64,000 nt of DNA from an uncultured Candidatus Peribacteria bacterium. Lineage in GTDB: Bacteria > Patescibacteriota > Gracilibacteria > UBA1369 > UBA12470. The translations under genes and the position numbers were made by a program. Shown piece after piece: positions 1 to 10,082 of the stretch. A model generated the notes under the pieces. That model saw only the letters and a program-made list of their open reading frames with translations, was not told where the DNA came from and did no database searches. The number at the start of each line of letters is the position of its first letter. The stretch's first letter is position 1. Where the stretch lies: assembly GCA_964344725.1 (NCBI GenBank), contig CAYFOI010000003.1, forward strand, positions 1,520-65,519, given 5' to 3'.

Positions 1-3000
1 ACTTGAGGTTCCTCCAGCTGTCGACGGTGTAGTAGTGGTTGTTGTTGTGCTGTCGCTTGAGGTTGTTGCGGATTTTTCTGTTGAGCTTGATTCGTTTCCG
101 GATGTGTCGACGGCTGTGACGGCGTAGTAGTAAGTTGTGTCTGCTGAAACAGTTGTGTCTGTGAATGTGCTGCTTGTTACCGCACTTGAGTTGACTTGGT
201 TTTCATCAGTAAGGCCGACAGGAGAAGAGGTGCTTCTGTAGATTTCGTACTCAAGCAGATCGCCTTCTGAGTTGTCTGTCCAGTCTAGAACAACTTGGGA
301 GGTTGTTGCTGATGCAGTAAGGTCAGCAGGTGCGCTTGGAGGTGTCGAATCACTACCTGTTAATGGTGAGAAGATTGTGGTGTGGTCTGGAGAAGCTTTT
401 AATACAACTTTCCAATCGTAATAGTAGCTTGAGTTTGTCTTCAAATTGTCTACCATCGTTTGTAATTCGATTGCTGTCCAGCTTGAGCCTGAGTTGGCTT
501 TTACGTATGCGCTTCTTGTTGTGATTTCGCTGACCCAGGAGCTTGTTGAGCTATCCCAATAGCCGAGTGCTATGGTTAATAGGTCGTCGTATGAGTCGTA
601 AATGCCGTCAGTTTTTGCGGCTTCCATCATATCTTTTGTGATTGTGATCTCTAGGTCGAAAGTTCCTGTGATGTCTGTGATTACGTCGCCGTCAGCATCT
701 AAGAATTTAACTTGTTTACCTATAATTGGAGTGTAATCAAGGCCGCTTCTTGCTGTGTTGGCTACTGTTTGGACTTGAGCTGAGAAGCTTGAGCTTGAAA
801 CATTGCCGGCTGTAACGGTGATGTTAACGTTGTTGTTGCTGTCTTTCATGGCAAGTCCGTTTGCTGTGCTCGCTTGTGTTTTCGGAGCAGCAGATGTAGC
901 GGTTTGTACCCAGCTTGATGGTGATTCAAATGTAGAGTAGGACATTACGACAGAGTCACCTGGATCTACACCAGTTTTTTCTCTATAAGATCCGTCTGAA
1001 GAGTTTATCCGTAGAATCAAATCAGAAAGGTCGTCAGGAACATTTAGGGTTGCTGTTCCATCACCTCCGACAGGTGTACCGTTCCAGAATTCGCCATCTT
1101 CATCTGTGATTTCTGCGAATAAGTCAGGGAAAGTACCTGTTATTGTGACGCTTACGGTGCTGTTTTTCTGTGATCCTAATTGAATTTCGACGTTGTTGTC
1201 GGCTTCTAATTCGGCAGCTGTCTTACTTGTTTTTTTAGAAGAATAGTCTGGATGGTCTGCGCGGAAATTTAGGTTTGAGGAAACTTTTGCGTAAAGCGTG
1301 ACGTCACCGTTTGAATCGGTTTCTCCTCCGACGTAAGTTCCAGTTGCAAATTCGAAAGCTTCGACATATGCGTGTTCTAGTGGGTCGCCGTTAGGGTCGA
1401 GTACTTTTACGTTTATTGTTTCAAGGTCTTGGCTTATAGAGCTTAAGTCGAATGTCATTGTCATGTCCGAGTCTATTCTGACTGGTGATCCTACTTCTGG
1501 GTTTACTCCGCCAAATCCAGGGATCCATAGCCATGAGTCATAATCGCCGTCTGGAAGGTAGACGGTTGTTGATTTAGTTGTAGTTGTGAACGTTAGTGGC
1601 TTGTCTCTTCCTTGGTACGATGAAGGGTCGTAAATGTCGAGATACCCTTCAGTTACACCTATAGGGATGTTGTTGATTTGTACTTTGACTTCGTGCAAGT
1701 CTCCGGCTGTTAGTACTATGCCGCTTGCGTCTGATGATGAAATATCAACGCCTTCGTAAGAGATGTCTACGTATGACGAACTCCATGCGAATAGGTTGTA
1801 TCTTGAGCTTGTGTCAGGGTCGCTTCCACCTGCGTTTCTTGCGACGCTGATGGAAAAATTGCCTTCACTGTCTGTACCTGTACAGTTGGAGTTGTGTGCG
1901 TAATTTCCGTTTAGATAAACCTCTTCGGCACATACTGTCATATCTGCGACTGCAGGGCTTACACTACCCGAGATTGTTCCAAAGGCGGCTGTGTCGTAGG
2001 CGAAGTTGATTCCTGTGACATTTGAGCCGTCTACGTCAATTACGTGTTGGCCGTTTGTTGCGTAGGCGCTGTCTGCGTCTAGCATCCCTTTGTAAGAATG
2101 TGCTTCGACAAAAATTGTTATGCCATCAGGCACTGATATTGCCCATGCACCTGTGTCTGGGTCTGATTGATCCCATGCGAAGAATCCGTAATCGCCGTAT
2201 ATATTGATGTTTGCATCTTTGTCTGCGCCGGTTACGTTACCGCTTATAATGATGTCGTAGCTTCTTGCGGAGAAATCCACGTCTGTTTTTTTCTCGTTGT
2301 CATCTACGAAGACGCTTTTTTCTTGCATGTTTCCGTTTCTTTCAAATACGACTGTATATTGTTCGCCGCCTTTTAGGCTGATTGAATATCCTCCGTTTGA
2401 GTCGATGTCGCTGTCGCCTCCGTAATATCCGCCGCTAGGCTGGTATGCGTATACGTGGCCGTTTGTTATGGCATCTCCGTTGTCGTCAGTTACTGTTCCG
2501 CTAATGGAAGCATCTGCTTTTGTAATAGATAAAGTGACGTCATATGCGTCTGTTCCATCTACTACTTCAAGCGTTTCACATGGCAATAGGATGTCTGTGT
2601 ATTCGTTGTCTACTTTCATTGTTTCCATCTTCATGTCTGGGAATGCGCAGATTTCCCATTCGCCTGTGATTAATCCGAGAGTGAATGATGCGGAAGTTTT
2701 TGTGTGGTCTGCTGTAAACGTTGTTTCTGTGAACATGGGGCTACTTAGGCCGTAAGCTTCTCCTATGAAATCGATATCTTCGTCTAGGATAGCACCGTAG
2801 TCAAAAGTCACGTTTACGGTTGCGGTTGCACTGTTTACGAGGAATGTTTTTTCGTCTGTTGGGTATGAGTCGTCCAAATAAGATGATGTGTCTGTTCCTG
2901 ATGCTACGTATCCGTCTCCAGGTTCAACACCAACAAAATAATCAACTCCCCATTCTGATCCGACTCCTTCCGATGTTGGGAGTCCTGTAAAGCTAGCTTT

Positions 3001-3606
3001 ACCTTGTGCGTCAGTTGTTGCGAATATTAATCCAGATTTATAACTATCGATAAATACTTCCACGCCTTCGATAGGCGTTTGATTGTCGGCTGCGTCGAGT
3101 ACGATTACGTCAATTTGTCCGCTTCCTCCAGCTTCGACGTTGAAAGGAGCCGTTTGACCGATTGTTTCGATCGGGCTCTTGTCGGCAGCTTGCGTGCTGT
3201 AAGTAGCGTATACGCCACCGTTTCCTGTTTGATAATCATAGCTTGATGCTTCTGAAGGAAGTGTGAAGTGGCTAAATGCGAACTCAGCTTGGAAATTGGA
3301 TGCTGTTGCAGCAGCGTCTTCGGTGCCGTCTCCGTCCTCGTCAATTGAGAATGTGAACTTTAGTTTGTTTGTTGTTGCTGAGTATTCTGGTGATTTTAGA
3401 GAGATTTTTGGTGTGCCAGGGCCGTCGATATCGTTGATGAATATTTCCATGCTTGATGCGTCGGCGCTTGATCCGCTAGGTAGTTCGATTACGAATTTAT
3501 CACCTGTTTTTACTGTTTGTGTGACTGGTGCTGTGCCCCAAACTTCTTCTGCGGTTTGGCCTGCCAGCATGGTGCTTGGCATGAATTCAATTCCTCCTCC
3601 TGACAT
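1..3606 (-). CDS. Giant secreted/surface protein, C-terminal part cut off by the left window edge (at least 1202 codons)
   Basis: Absent from the supplied ORF track because no stop codon lies inside the window. My reverse-strand translation from the ATG at 3606 (MSGGGIEFMPSTMLAGQ...) stays open down to base 1; I spot-checked the frame at about 2040 and about 360. It contains repeated carboxypeptidase-regulatory/Cna-B-like strands (ISGTVTDDNGDAITNGHVYAY; VKVLDPNGDPLEHAYVEAF). It also has a clear fibronectin-III-like module near the edge (PSAPADLTASATTSQVVLDWTDNSEGDLLEYEIYRS...TTYYYAVTAVDTSGNES). The ATG lies 10 nt after the stop of the upstream 1287-aa gene. Confidence 0.8.
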   Translation of the reverse strand, partial: MSGGGIEFMPSTMLAGQTAEEVWGTAPVTQTVKTGDKFVIELPSGSSADASSMEIFINDIDGPGTPKISLKSPEYSATTNKLKFTFSIDEDGDGTEDAAATASNFQAEFAFSHFTLPSEASSYDYQTGNGGVYATYSTQAADKSPIETIGQTAPFNVEAGGSGQIDVIVLDAADNQTPIEGVEVFIDSYKSGLIFATTDAQGKASFTGLPTSEGVGSEWGVDYFVGVEPGDGYVASGTDTSSYLDDSYPTDEKTFLVNSATATVNVTFDYGAILDEDIDFIGEAYGLSSPMFTETTFTADHTKTSASFTLGLITGEWEICAFPDMKMETMKVDNEYTDILLPCETLEVVDGTDAYDVTLSITKADASISGTVTDDNGDAITNGHVYAYQPSGGYYGGDSDIDSNGGYSISLKGGEQYTVVFERNGNMQEKSVFVDDNEKKTDVDFSARSYDIIISGNVTGADKDANINIYGDYGFFAWDQSDPDTGAWAISVPDGITIFVEAHSYKGMLDADSAYATNGQHVIDVDGSNVTGINFAYDTAAFGTISGSVSPAVADMTVCAEEVYLNGNYAHNSNCTGTDSEGNFSISVARNAGGSDPDTSSRYNLFAWSSSYVDISYEGVDISSSDASGIVLTAGDLHEVKVQINNIPIGVTEGYLDIYDPSSYQGRDKPLTFTTTTKSTTVYLPDGDYDSWLWIPGFGGVNPEVGSPVRIDSDMTMTFDLSSISQDLETINVKVLDPNGDPLEHAYVEAFEFATGTYVGGETDSNGDVTLYAKVSSNLNFRADHPDYSSKKTSKTAAELEADNNVEIQLGSQKNSTVSVTITGTFPDLFAEITDEDGEFWNGTPVGGDGTATLNVPDDLSDLILRINSSDGSYREKTGVDPGDSVVMSYSTFESPSSWVQTATSAAPKTQASTANGLAMKDSNNNVNITVTAGNVSSSSFSAQVQTVANTARSGLDYTPIIGKQVKFLDADGDVITDITGTFDLEITITKDMMEAAKTDGIYDSYDDLLTIALGYWDSSTSSWVSEITTRSAYVKANSGSSWTAIELQTMVDNLKTNSSYYYDWKVVLKASPDHTTIFSPLTGSDSTPPSAPADLTASATTSQVVLDWTDNSEGDLLEYEIYRSTSSPVGLTDENQVNSSAVTSSTFTDTTVSADTTYYYAVTAVDTSGNESSSTEKSATTSSDSTTTTTTTPSTAGGTSS

Positions 3607-3616
3607 GACTCCGTAG

Positions 3617-6600
3617 TCATTCCACAATGCATCCACCAAATGCCCAGTCTTCGCCGTCGCTGTAATAGGAGCTTTCTGAGTATGCTTGTGCTGTGATTTC
3701 ATTATCTGTGCCGTCAAAAGCTACTCCGTTTAGACCTTTGACTGGGGTGTCATTGTCAGTTACTGCTTGAAGTGTACAGCTGTTTGCTGTTGGTGGAATT
3801 GGTGCGTTTATGATTTCTAAGAAATAGTCTTCAGAATAGTATTCAACGCCAAGTCCTTTTAGTGATACTGGTGATCCGTCACAGGTAAGCATCCAGTTGT
3901 CACTGTCTTTTGCGTTTGAATTTAGTCTAATGTTAAATCCAACTCTTGCGATTCCGCCTACAACTGTTCCGTCTTGTTCATAACCTACTACTGGATCAAA
4001 CCATGTTAATATTGGCGAATCGCTGCTTGCAGTTCCAGTTGTGAATACTAGGTCGTAGTCGGCAACATTGAATCCATATACATCTGTGATCGCAGCTCCG
4101 TAGATGCTTAATGTGTACTCAGTGTCTTCTAAAAGCGGTTCTTGTAGAAGCACTCTGTAAGCGTCGAATTCTGGGTCGAATTCGTAAGAGAATGCAGATA
4201 CAGCAGGTGATATAGCCATTGCTCCAGATCCTGTAGATCCGATAGCGTCGTCATATGCTATCATTATTTCCCAAATCATTGGGTCTACGTCTGTTTCTCC
4301 GTTTTCAACACTTGTGTATTCGATTTGTGTTGCTTCGGATGGGTTTAATGACGAATCGGCGTAATACTCGAAATATTCGGCTGGTAAGTCGGTGCCGTTT
4401 CCGTCTTTCAATCCTTCTATTGATAAGGTGTATATCTCGCTGTTGGTTAAGCCTCCTGCGAAGTTAACGTTAATAACGTCGCGGCCATCTTCTAGGCTGT
4501 TTTTCTTAAAAGTGAGTGAGACGGCGTTGCTTTGAGAATCTTTTAACGTGATGTTGTTTGATGTGACTGTTGCTCCGTTAACAGGTCCTGAATAAACCAA
4601 TTGGATTGTTTGTAGATTAGTAGCTACTTGTGAATACCAAGGTGGTTGGACCATCTGTAGCCAAACATCTTCGCCTGAGCTGATCATCATCGGTTCGTAA
4701 GTATCGCTGCCTGTCCATGTCCAAGTGTTTACTGTCATTGCATTTTCTCCAGATCCAACTGTCACTGATAGGTTGTTTGTGTCGTATGCTACTTCTGGTT
4801 GATTGAATATAATCGCCAGTTTTTTATCTGATCCTTCTCCAGCTTCAAAAGTGTCCATTCGAATGAGTGCCCATATGTCCGAAGTTGTTATATAAGGCTT
4901 TAAATCGCTACCAGACAGGTCTGTTATTAGAGTCGGATCGGTACATACAACTGTGCCTAAGGAGAATGGCTCAATCATGCTTTCTACATCTGCGTCACAT
5001 GTGATTGTGGATATTGTTCCTTGGTATGATGGCAAAATCATTACAGATGTCCCTGCTATCCCTTCGTGCATTGGGACGTATTCACCGGTTGCTGGTGGTT
5101 GACCTGTTGTAATATTGCTACATACTCTTTCGCCGCTAAGTCCGCCGATTGTGTTGGCTATTGTAATTTCTACTTGTGATGTGTCGTTGATTGCGTCGGC
5201 TGTGTCGTAAATTACGATTAGTTGGCTCGCATTCTGGTCGTCTTGCATAATCATCAGGATGTTTGAGTCTGTGATGCCGGATTCAAGGCCTGTGTCGTCT
5301 GAATGAGTTACGGCTGCTTTCGCGTAACATGTTCTGCTTTCGTACCCTGTTTCACAAGGTGTTGTGTTGGTAGCTCCGTCTAATTCCTCGTCTAGTGTTA
5401 TTATGACTATTCCATTGCCGTCCATTCCGCTATCGGCTCCTGGCCAGTAGGTTCCGTTTAGTTGTGGTGCTGGTGGCTCTGATTCTTCGAATGTGTCAAA
5501 TAATTTTTCTGATACATTGTTGAATGTGGAAATTGTAAGTTCGAGTTGAGTGTCATCACTTATGGCGTTTTCTGTGTCCATTATGACTACTATCGCTGAG
5601 TTTTCGCTTGGATTTATTGCAATTGCTTCTATTGTGGCTCCGCCTGCTAGTCCTCCTCCTGCGTCAGCAAGGGTCCCGAGTGTTTCGTCGATACATGTTG
5701 CGCTCCCGAATTCTGGTCTGTCAGGGCAGGCTACTTCTTGACCGCTTGAGTTAATTGCTTCTCCATCTGTCAAAGGTCCTTGTAATGTTGTTCTGTTCCC
5801 CCAAGACGCATCAGATTGCATGTATGTCATTGTGCCTCCAGGAGGTGGTGTTGATCCGGCGTTTGTTATATTTGTGTAAGATCCTGTGATGCCTCCTGTG
5901 TTTGCGAGTGAGACTTGTATATCAAGCGGAGTTGCTCCTGTTACTTGATCTGCGCCGTCGAAGACCAGGAAGAGATCGTTTTGAGTAAGGCTTACTCCTG
6001 TTACGAAATCACCTCTTACAGCGCCTAGTAAAGTTGCTCCTGGTGCGAACCCTGAATCGAGAGTTATCGTTGCTGTGTCGTAACATTCTGGGCTTGCTTC
6101 GAGATATCCTGTGATTGCTCCGTCACAAGCTACTACATTTGTTACTCCGTCCGGTTGCTGAGGAAGTTGTATTGTAACAGTTGTGTTGTTTCCTGCAACG
6201 CTGTTGGTGTTGTTGTAGCTGTGGCTTAGTACAGGTGGTTCTTGTTCTTCGGCCCAGTTGGATATTAGTACTTCGGCTACGTTATTATTTGCTTCTGCTT
6301 GTATTTCTATTGCTCCGGGATTCGTTACTGCATCTGCGGCGTCTAGGATTACGGTATACGTATTATCGAGGTCGCCATCTATAATGACAGCTTGTATTGT
6401 GCTTGTTGATAACCCTGTAGCGTTTGCGATTGTGACTACGTTTGTGTTTAGACAAGTCTCGCTGTCATATGCAGGGTCTGCTGGACATGCCGTTGTTAAT
6501 CCGTCTGTTGTGATTGATCCACTTCCAACTAATGGTGGAAATGTTAGGGTTGTTACGGCGAACTTGCTGTTGTCTTGGAAGTATGAACCTGTTCCGGTCG

Positions 6601-7480
6601 GTGGCGGTGGATCTCCGCCTGCACTTGGATCTAATGTAAAAGTATCGGAGACCCAATCCGAAACATTGTTAAATGCGTGGATTGTTAATTCTAAATCTTG
6701 GTCATCGGTGATTTTGTCTGCGCCGTTCATTACTACTGTGATCTCGTTGTCACCAGGACCATCTATGATAGCTGCTTCAATTGATGCATCTCCTGCTAGT
6801 CCTGCAGCATTTGTAAATTCTACGTTGGCTAGTGCGATACATGTTTGTCCGTCATAAATTGGATCTACTGGGCATGTGACAGTTTGATCGGTTGTTGTTA
6901 TAGGATCAGACTCTATTAGTGGTCCGGTTCTGAAAGTTGTCTTGTTTCCCATGTTTGGGTTTGACTGAAAATACTCTACTGCAGGACCTCCTACTTTTGG
7001 GATTATGTTGTTGAAAGTTGCTGTTCTCCCGCCGAGGTTCGTTACTGTTAACGTTGTTTGTGTTGAATCTGTCAGTGCGTTTTCTTGATCAAAAATCAGG
7101 GTCACTACGGTGTCAGAACCTCCTATTGTGTCGGTTCTTGCTATGGCCGAAATATTTGCCACAGTAATTCCAGTGTTTAAGCCTCCGGCCAGTTCTGTTA
7201 CTACGGTTTCAGCAGGGCCATAACAGATCGTTTCTGCTGGGAAGCCAAGTCCTCCAGGACATGCGATGACATTATCGATGTCATTAGCGGCGCTTGCGAA
7301 TTCTATGTTGATTTGTGAAGCTCCTTGTCCATCTGATGGGACGTAGCTTGCATCGCCTGCCGCTGCTTCGGAAAATTCGTTATAAATTATCCATGTTCCA
7401 GCGAATAGTACTGCTGTAAAAGCAGTAATAATCATGCCTGTCAGCAGATTTCTGCTAGACAAAATTACCTTTGGGTTCAT
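3617..7480 (-). CDS. Giant membrane-anchored surface protein (1287 aa) with seven ~125-aa Cys-pair repeats and C-terminal Ig-like domains
   Basis: Long ORF with an N-terminal hydrophobic anchor (LLTGMIITAFTAVLFAGTWIIY). It has seven tandem modules, each opening with C-x(7-17)-C (ACPGGLGFPAETIC, TCPVDPIYDGQTC, ACPADPAYDSETC, ACDGAITGYLEASPEC, ACPDRPEFGSATC, PCETGYESRTC, TCDADVES...VVC). The C-terminal part resembles SbsA/Big-type Ig-like domains (TIQLVYSGPVNGATVTSNNITL...). Confidence 0.85.
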   Translation of the reverse strand: MNPKVILSSRNLLTGMIITAFTAVLFAGTWIIYNEFSEAAAGDASYVPSDGQGASQINIEFASAANDIDNVIACPGGLGFPAETICYGPAETVVTELAGGLNTGITVANISAIARTDTIGGSDTVVTLIFDQENALTDSTQTTLTVTNLGGRTATFNNIIPKVGGPAVEYFQSNPNMGNKTTFRTGPLIESDPITTTDQTVTCPVDPIYDGQTCIALANVEFTNAAGLAGDASIEAAIIDGPGDNEITVVMNGADKITDDQDLELTIHAFNNVSDWVSDTFTLDPSAGGDPPPPTGTGSYFQDNSKFAVTTLTFPPLVGSGSITTDGLTTACPADPAYDSETCLNTNVVTIANATGLSTSTIQAVIIDGDLDNTYTVILDAADAVTNPGAIEIQAEANNNVAEVLISNWAEEQEPPVLSHSYNNTNSVAGNNTTVTIQLPQQPDGVTNVVACDGAITGYLEASPECYDTATITLDSGFAPGATLLGAVRGDFVTGVSLTQNDLFLVFDGADQVTGATPLDIQVSLANTGGITGSYTNITNAGSTPPPGGTMTYMQSDASWGNRTTLQGPLTDGEAINSSGQEVACPDRPEFGSATCIDETLGTLADAGGGLAGGATIEAIAINPSENSAIVVIMDTENAISDDTQLELTISTFNNVSEKLFDTFEESEPPAPQLNGTYWPGADSGMDGNGIVIITLDEELDGATNTTPCETGYESRTCYAKAAVTHSDDTGLESGITDSNILMIMQDDQNASQLIVIYDTADAINDTSQVEITIANTIGGLSGERVCSNITTGQPPATGEYVPMHEGIAGTSVMILPSYQGTISTITCDADVESMIEPFSLGTVVCTDPTLITDLSGSDLKPYITTSDIWALIRMDTFEAGEGSDKKLAIIFNQPEVAYDTNNLSVTVGSGENAMTVNTWTWTGSDTYEPMMISSGEDVWLQMVQPPWYSQVATNLQTIQLVYSGPVNGATVTSNNITLKDSQSNAVSLTFKKNSLEDGRDVINVNFAGGLTNSEIYTLSIEGLKDGNGTDLPAEYFEYYADSSLNPSEATQIEYTSVENGETDVDPMIWEIMIAYDDAIGSTGSGAMAISPAVSAFSYEFDPEFDAYRVLLQEPLLEDTEYTLSIYGAAITDVYGFNVADYDLVFTTGTASSDSPILTWFDPVVGYEQDGTVVGGIARVGFNIRLNSNAKDSDNWMLTCDGSPVSLKGLGVEYYSEDYFLEIINAPIPPTANSCTLQAVTDNDTPVKGLNGVAFDGTDNEITAQAYSESSYYSDGEDWAFGGCIVE

Positions 7481-7588
7481 TCTTTGCGGGTTATTTTTTG
7501 TTTTTTATTATTTTATATATATTTAAGTTTGTTCATTATATAATTATACCTTATTTACAGGAGTGATGAAAGTTTTTTTTTGCAGCAA

Positions 7589-7617
7589 TTTACACGTACG
7601 TACTTTTGTGCTAGAAT
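7589..7617 (+). promoter_or_regulatory. Sigma70-like promoter upstream of folK (TTTACA-17-TAGAAT with a TG extension)
   Basis: TTTACA at 7589-7594, a 17-nt spacer ending in TGC, and TAGAAT at 7612-7617. It lies 29 nt upstream of the folK ATG. Confidence 0.5.
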
Positions 7618-7645
7618 TCGAGTCTCAAATGATTAGTACAAAATT

Positions 7646-8134
7646 ATGGCGATATCCTTCTTGTCATTAGGTTCAAACATGGGGGATAGATGCGTTAACC
7701 TTGCGAGTGCGTATGATATTTTGGAAAATCTTGGTGTAAAAGTTTTACAAAAAAGCAGCGTATATGAATCTGATCCTTGGGGTTATGAGGAGCAGGCTAG
7801 TTTTCTTAATCAGGTTATTAAGGTTGAGACGGAGTTAAGTCCGGAGTCTTTGGTCCAGATATGCAAGGAGGCAGAAAAGCAAATTGGGCGTGTTGATAGC
7901 TTTAAATGGGGACCTCGTGTCTTGGATGTTGATGTGATTTTTTATGGGGATGAAGTTGTCGAGAAACCTGAATGTACGATCCCTCATCATCTTATGCATA
8001 ATAGGCTTTTTGTTTTGATCCCTCTGAATGAAATTGCTGGTGATTTTGTTCATCCTGTGTTTCGGAAAAATGTTTCTGAGTTGCTTAAAGCTTGTGAGGA
8101 TAAACATGGTGTTACGAAAGTCCCCTCTGTATAA
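7646..8134 (+). CDS. folK: 2-amino-4-hydroxy-6-hydroxymethyldihydropteridine pyrophosphokinase (HPPK)
   Basis: Carries the HPPK motifs LGSNMGDR, SSVYESDPWG, QASFLNQV, GPRVLDVDVIFYG and IPHHLMHNRLFVLIPLNEI. Confidence 0.85.
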   Translation: MAISFLSLGSNMGDRCVNLASAYDILENLGVKVLQKSSVYESDPWGYEEQASFLNQVIKVETELSPESLVQICKEAEKQIGRVDSFKWGPRVLDVDVIFYGDEVVEKPECTIPHHLMHNRLFVLIPLNEIAGDFVHPVFRKNVSELLKACEDKHGVTKVPSV

Positions 8135-8191
8135 AGGCTTTGTTGCTGGCTTGATCTAGGGTATATTGGCGTTTGCTAAACGTTTTATTTT

Positions 8192-9013
8192 ATGGATTTT
8201 TCGGCTCTAGAAAAAAAAGCGGCACAACTTCGTATCGATGCTTTGACAGCGATTCACAAGGCTAATTCTGGTCATACAGGAGGTTCAATGTCTTGTATGG
8301 ATATTTTGGTGGCGCTTTATTATGGGGGTGTTCTTAAGTTTGATCCAAATATGCCACAGCTTCCTGAGCGAGATTATTTTGTTCTTTCGAAAGGTCATGC
8401 GGCTCCGGCGTTGTATGCTGTTTTGGCTGATCTTGGGTTTTTTGATAAGTCTGAGCTTGATCATTTGAGACAGGCGGGAGCGCTTCTCCAGGGACATCCA
8501 GTTGTGAAAATCCCAGGGGTGGAGGCGACTACTGGATCTTTGGGACAGGGGATTTCTGCTGCTGTTGGTCTCGCGCTTGCTATTAAGGCGGATCGTGAGG
8601 ATCGAGATGTTTTTGTTTTGTTGGGTGATGGTGAATTGCAGGAAGGTCAGGTTTGGGAGGCTGTGATGTCTGCGGCACATTATCGTTTGGATAATCTGGT
8701 GGCGATTGTTGATCGAAATAAGTTGCAAATTGATGGGCCGTGTAGTGGAGTGATGAATGTTGAACCAATTGCAGATAAATTCGAGTCTTTTGGATGGAAA
8801 GTTATTCCACTCGTTTCTGGGCATAATATTGAAGAGATTGTTTTGGCTTTAAATAAGGCGAAAAATATAGCTCGGCAGCCTACTGTAATTGTGGCTCCGA
8901 CGGTCAAAGGCAAGGGGGTGCCTTTTGCAGAGAACAAGGCTTCGTATCATGGAGTGCCTCTTTCTGAGGCGGAGATGGAGGAGGTTGTACCTTTGTTAGA
9001 GAGTAAACTGTAA
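8192..9013 (+). CDS. tkt: Transketolase, N-terminal (TPP-binding) subunit of a split enzyme
   Basis: Motifs ANSGHTGGSMSCMDILVALYY, LSKGHAAPALYA and GSLGQGISAAVG...LGDGELQEG; 273 aa, followed directly by the C-terminal subunit gene. Confidence 0.9.
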   Translation: MDFSALEKKAAQLRIDALTAIHKANSGHTGGSMSCMDILVALYYGGVLKFDPNMPQLPERDYFVLSKGHAAPALYAVLADLGFFDKSELDHLRQAGALLQGHPVVKIPGVEATTGSLGQGISAAVGLALAIKADREDRDVFVLLGDGELQEGQVWEAVMSAAHYRLDNLVAIVDRNKLQIDGPCSGVMNVEPIADKFESFGWKVIPLVSGHNIEEIVLALNKAKNIARQPTVIVAPTVKGKGVPFAENKASYHGVPLSEAEMEEVVPLLESKL

Positions 9014-9089
9014 ACTGTAGAGAGCATCCGTGGAGCGCTCCGCGCGAATTATTGCTTGCTGACTACTGACTAAATCCTACTGACTAAAC

Positions 9090-10010
9090 ATGGAAAAAAT
9101 TGCTACAAGAGCGGCGTTTGGAGAAGCACTAGCAGAGCTAGGTGCGAAGTATCGTAATATTATGGTGCTTGATGCTGATTTGGCTTGTAGTACTAAGACT
9201 CTCAAGTTTGCTCAGGCGTTTTCTGAAAGGCATTTCAATATGGGGATTGCTGAGCAGAATATGGTTGGGGTAGCTGCGGGGATGGCGCTTAAAGGTAAGA
9301 TTCCTTTTGCTTGTACTTTTGCAGTTTTTGCTGCGGGGCGTGCATGGGAGCAGATTCGAAATAGCGTTGCTTATCCTAATTTGAATGTGAAAATTATTGG
9401 TTCGCATGGCGGGATTATGACCGGGGAAGATGGGGCGACTCATCAGGCTTTGGAGGATCTTTCTGCGATGCGTGTTATACCGAATATGAAGGTTTATTGT
9501 CCGGCTGATTATTGGGAAACCAAGTCTGTTATGGCGAGTATGTGTGAGGATTTTGGGCCTGTATACTTAAGGCTTTCAAGGAGCGGTGTGCCGGTTATTT
9601 ATGACGAAAATTATCGTTTTGAGCCGGGGAAGGGAAGTGTTGTTCGCGAAGGATCGGATATTACGATTTTCGCTGTCGGGTCCATGGTGACGCAAGCTCT
9701 TGAAGCTGCGGAGAGGCTTGAGGCTGATGGTGTTAGTGCGCGGGTTTGCAATATGTGTAGTATTAAGCCGATTGATAAGGATCTTATCCTTGAATCTGCT
9801 CGAAAGACTAAGAAGCTGTTCTCTGTGGAAGATCATCAAATTAATGGTGGGCTTGGAGGTGCGGTTGCGGAGGTGCTTGCTGAGGTCGGCGTAGGGGTTT
9901 CTTTGAAGAGAATTGGTATGGAGAGGTTCGGAGAGAGTGGAAAAGGAGCGGATTTATATAAGAAGTATGGGCTTGATGGGGATGGGATCGTTAACGCGAT
10001 TTCAAGGTAG
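9090..10010 (+). CDS. tkt: Transketolase, C-terminal (pyrimidine-binding) subunit
   Basis: Motifs MGIAEQNMVGVAAGMAL, FAVFAAGRAWEQIRNS and IIGSHGGIMTGEDGATHQALEDL; 306 aa. Confidence 0.9.
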   Translation: MEKIATRAAFGEALAELGAKYRNIMVLDADLACSTKTLKFAQAFSERHFNMGIAEQNMVGVAAGMALKGKIPFACTFAVFAAGRAWEQIRNSVAYPNLNVKIIGSHGGIMTGEDGATHQALEDLSAMRVIPNMKVYCPADYWETKSVMASMCEDFGPVYLRLSRSGVPVIYDENYRFEPGKGSVVREGSDITIFAVGSMVTQALEAAERLEADGVSARVCNMCSIKPIDKDLILESARKTKKLFSVEDHQINGGLGGAVAEVLAEVGVGVSLKRIGMERFGESGKGADLYKKYGLDGDGIVNAISR

Positions 10011-10082
10011 TCGCGTTTTAATCAAGTAAAACTTGCAAATGTGTTTTAGGTGTGATACAAGCTTGTCTTATTTTTAATTTAT

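Noticed and set aside
6258-6857. Long antisense ORFs in the track. Examples: 6258-6857 (+, 199 aa), 8285-8824 (-), 12824-13441 (-), 25614-26114 (+), 44682-45269 (-), 52642-53118 (-), 57416-57895 (+).
   Set aside because: Each lies entirely inside an opposite-strand gene that has strong family motifs or a much longer ORF. Their translations are low-complexity and Ser/Leu/Arg/Ile-rich, as expected for shadow frames, and none has a plausible start context.
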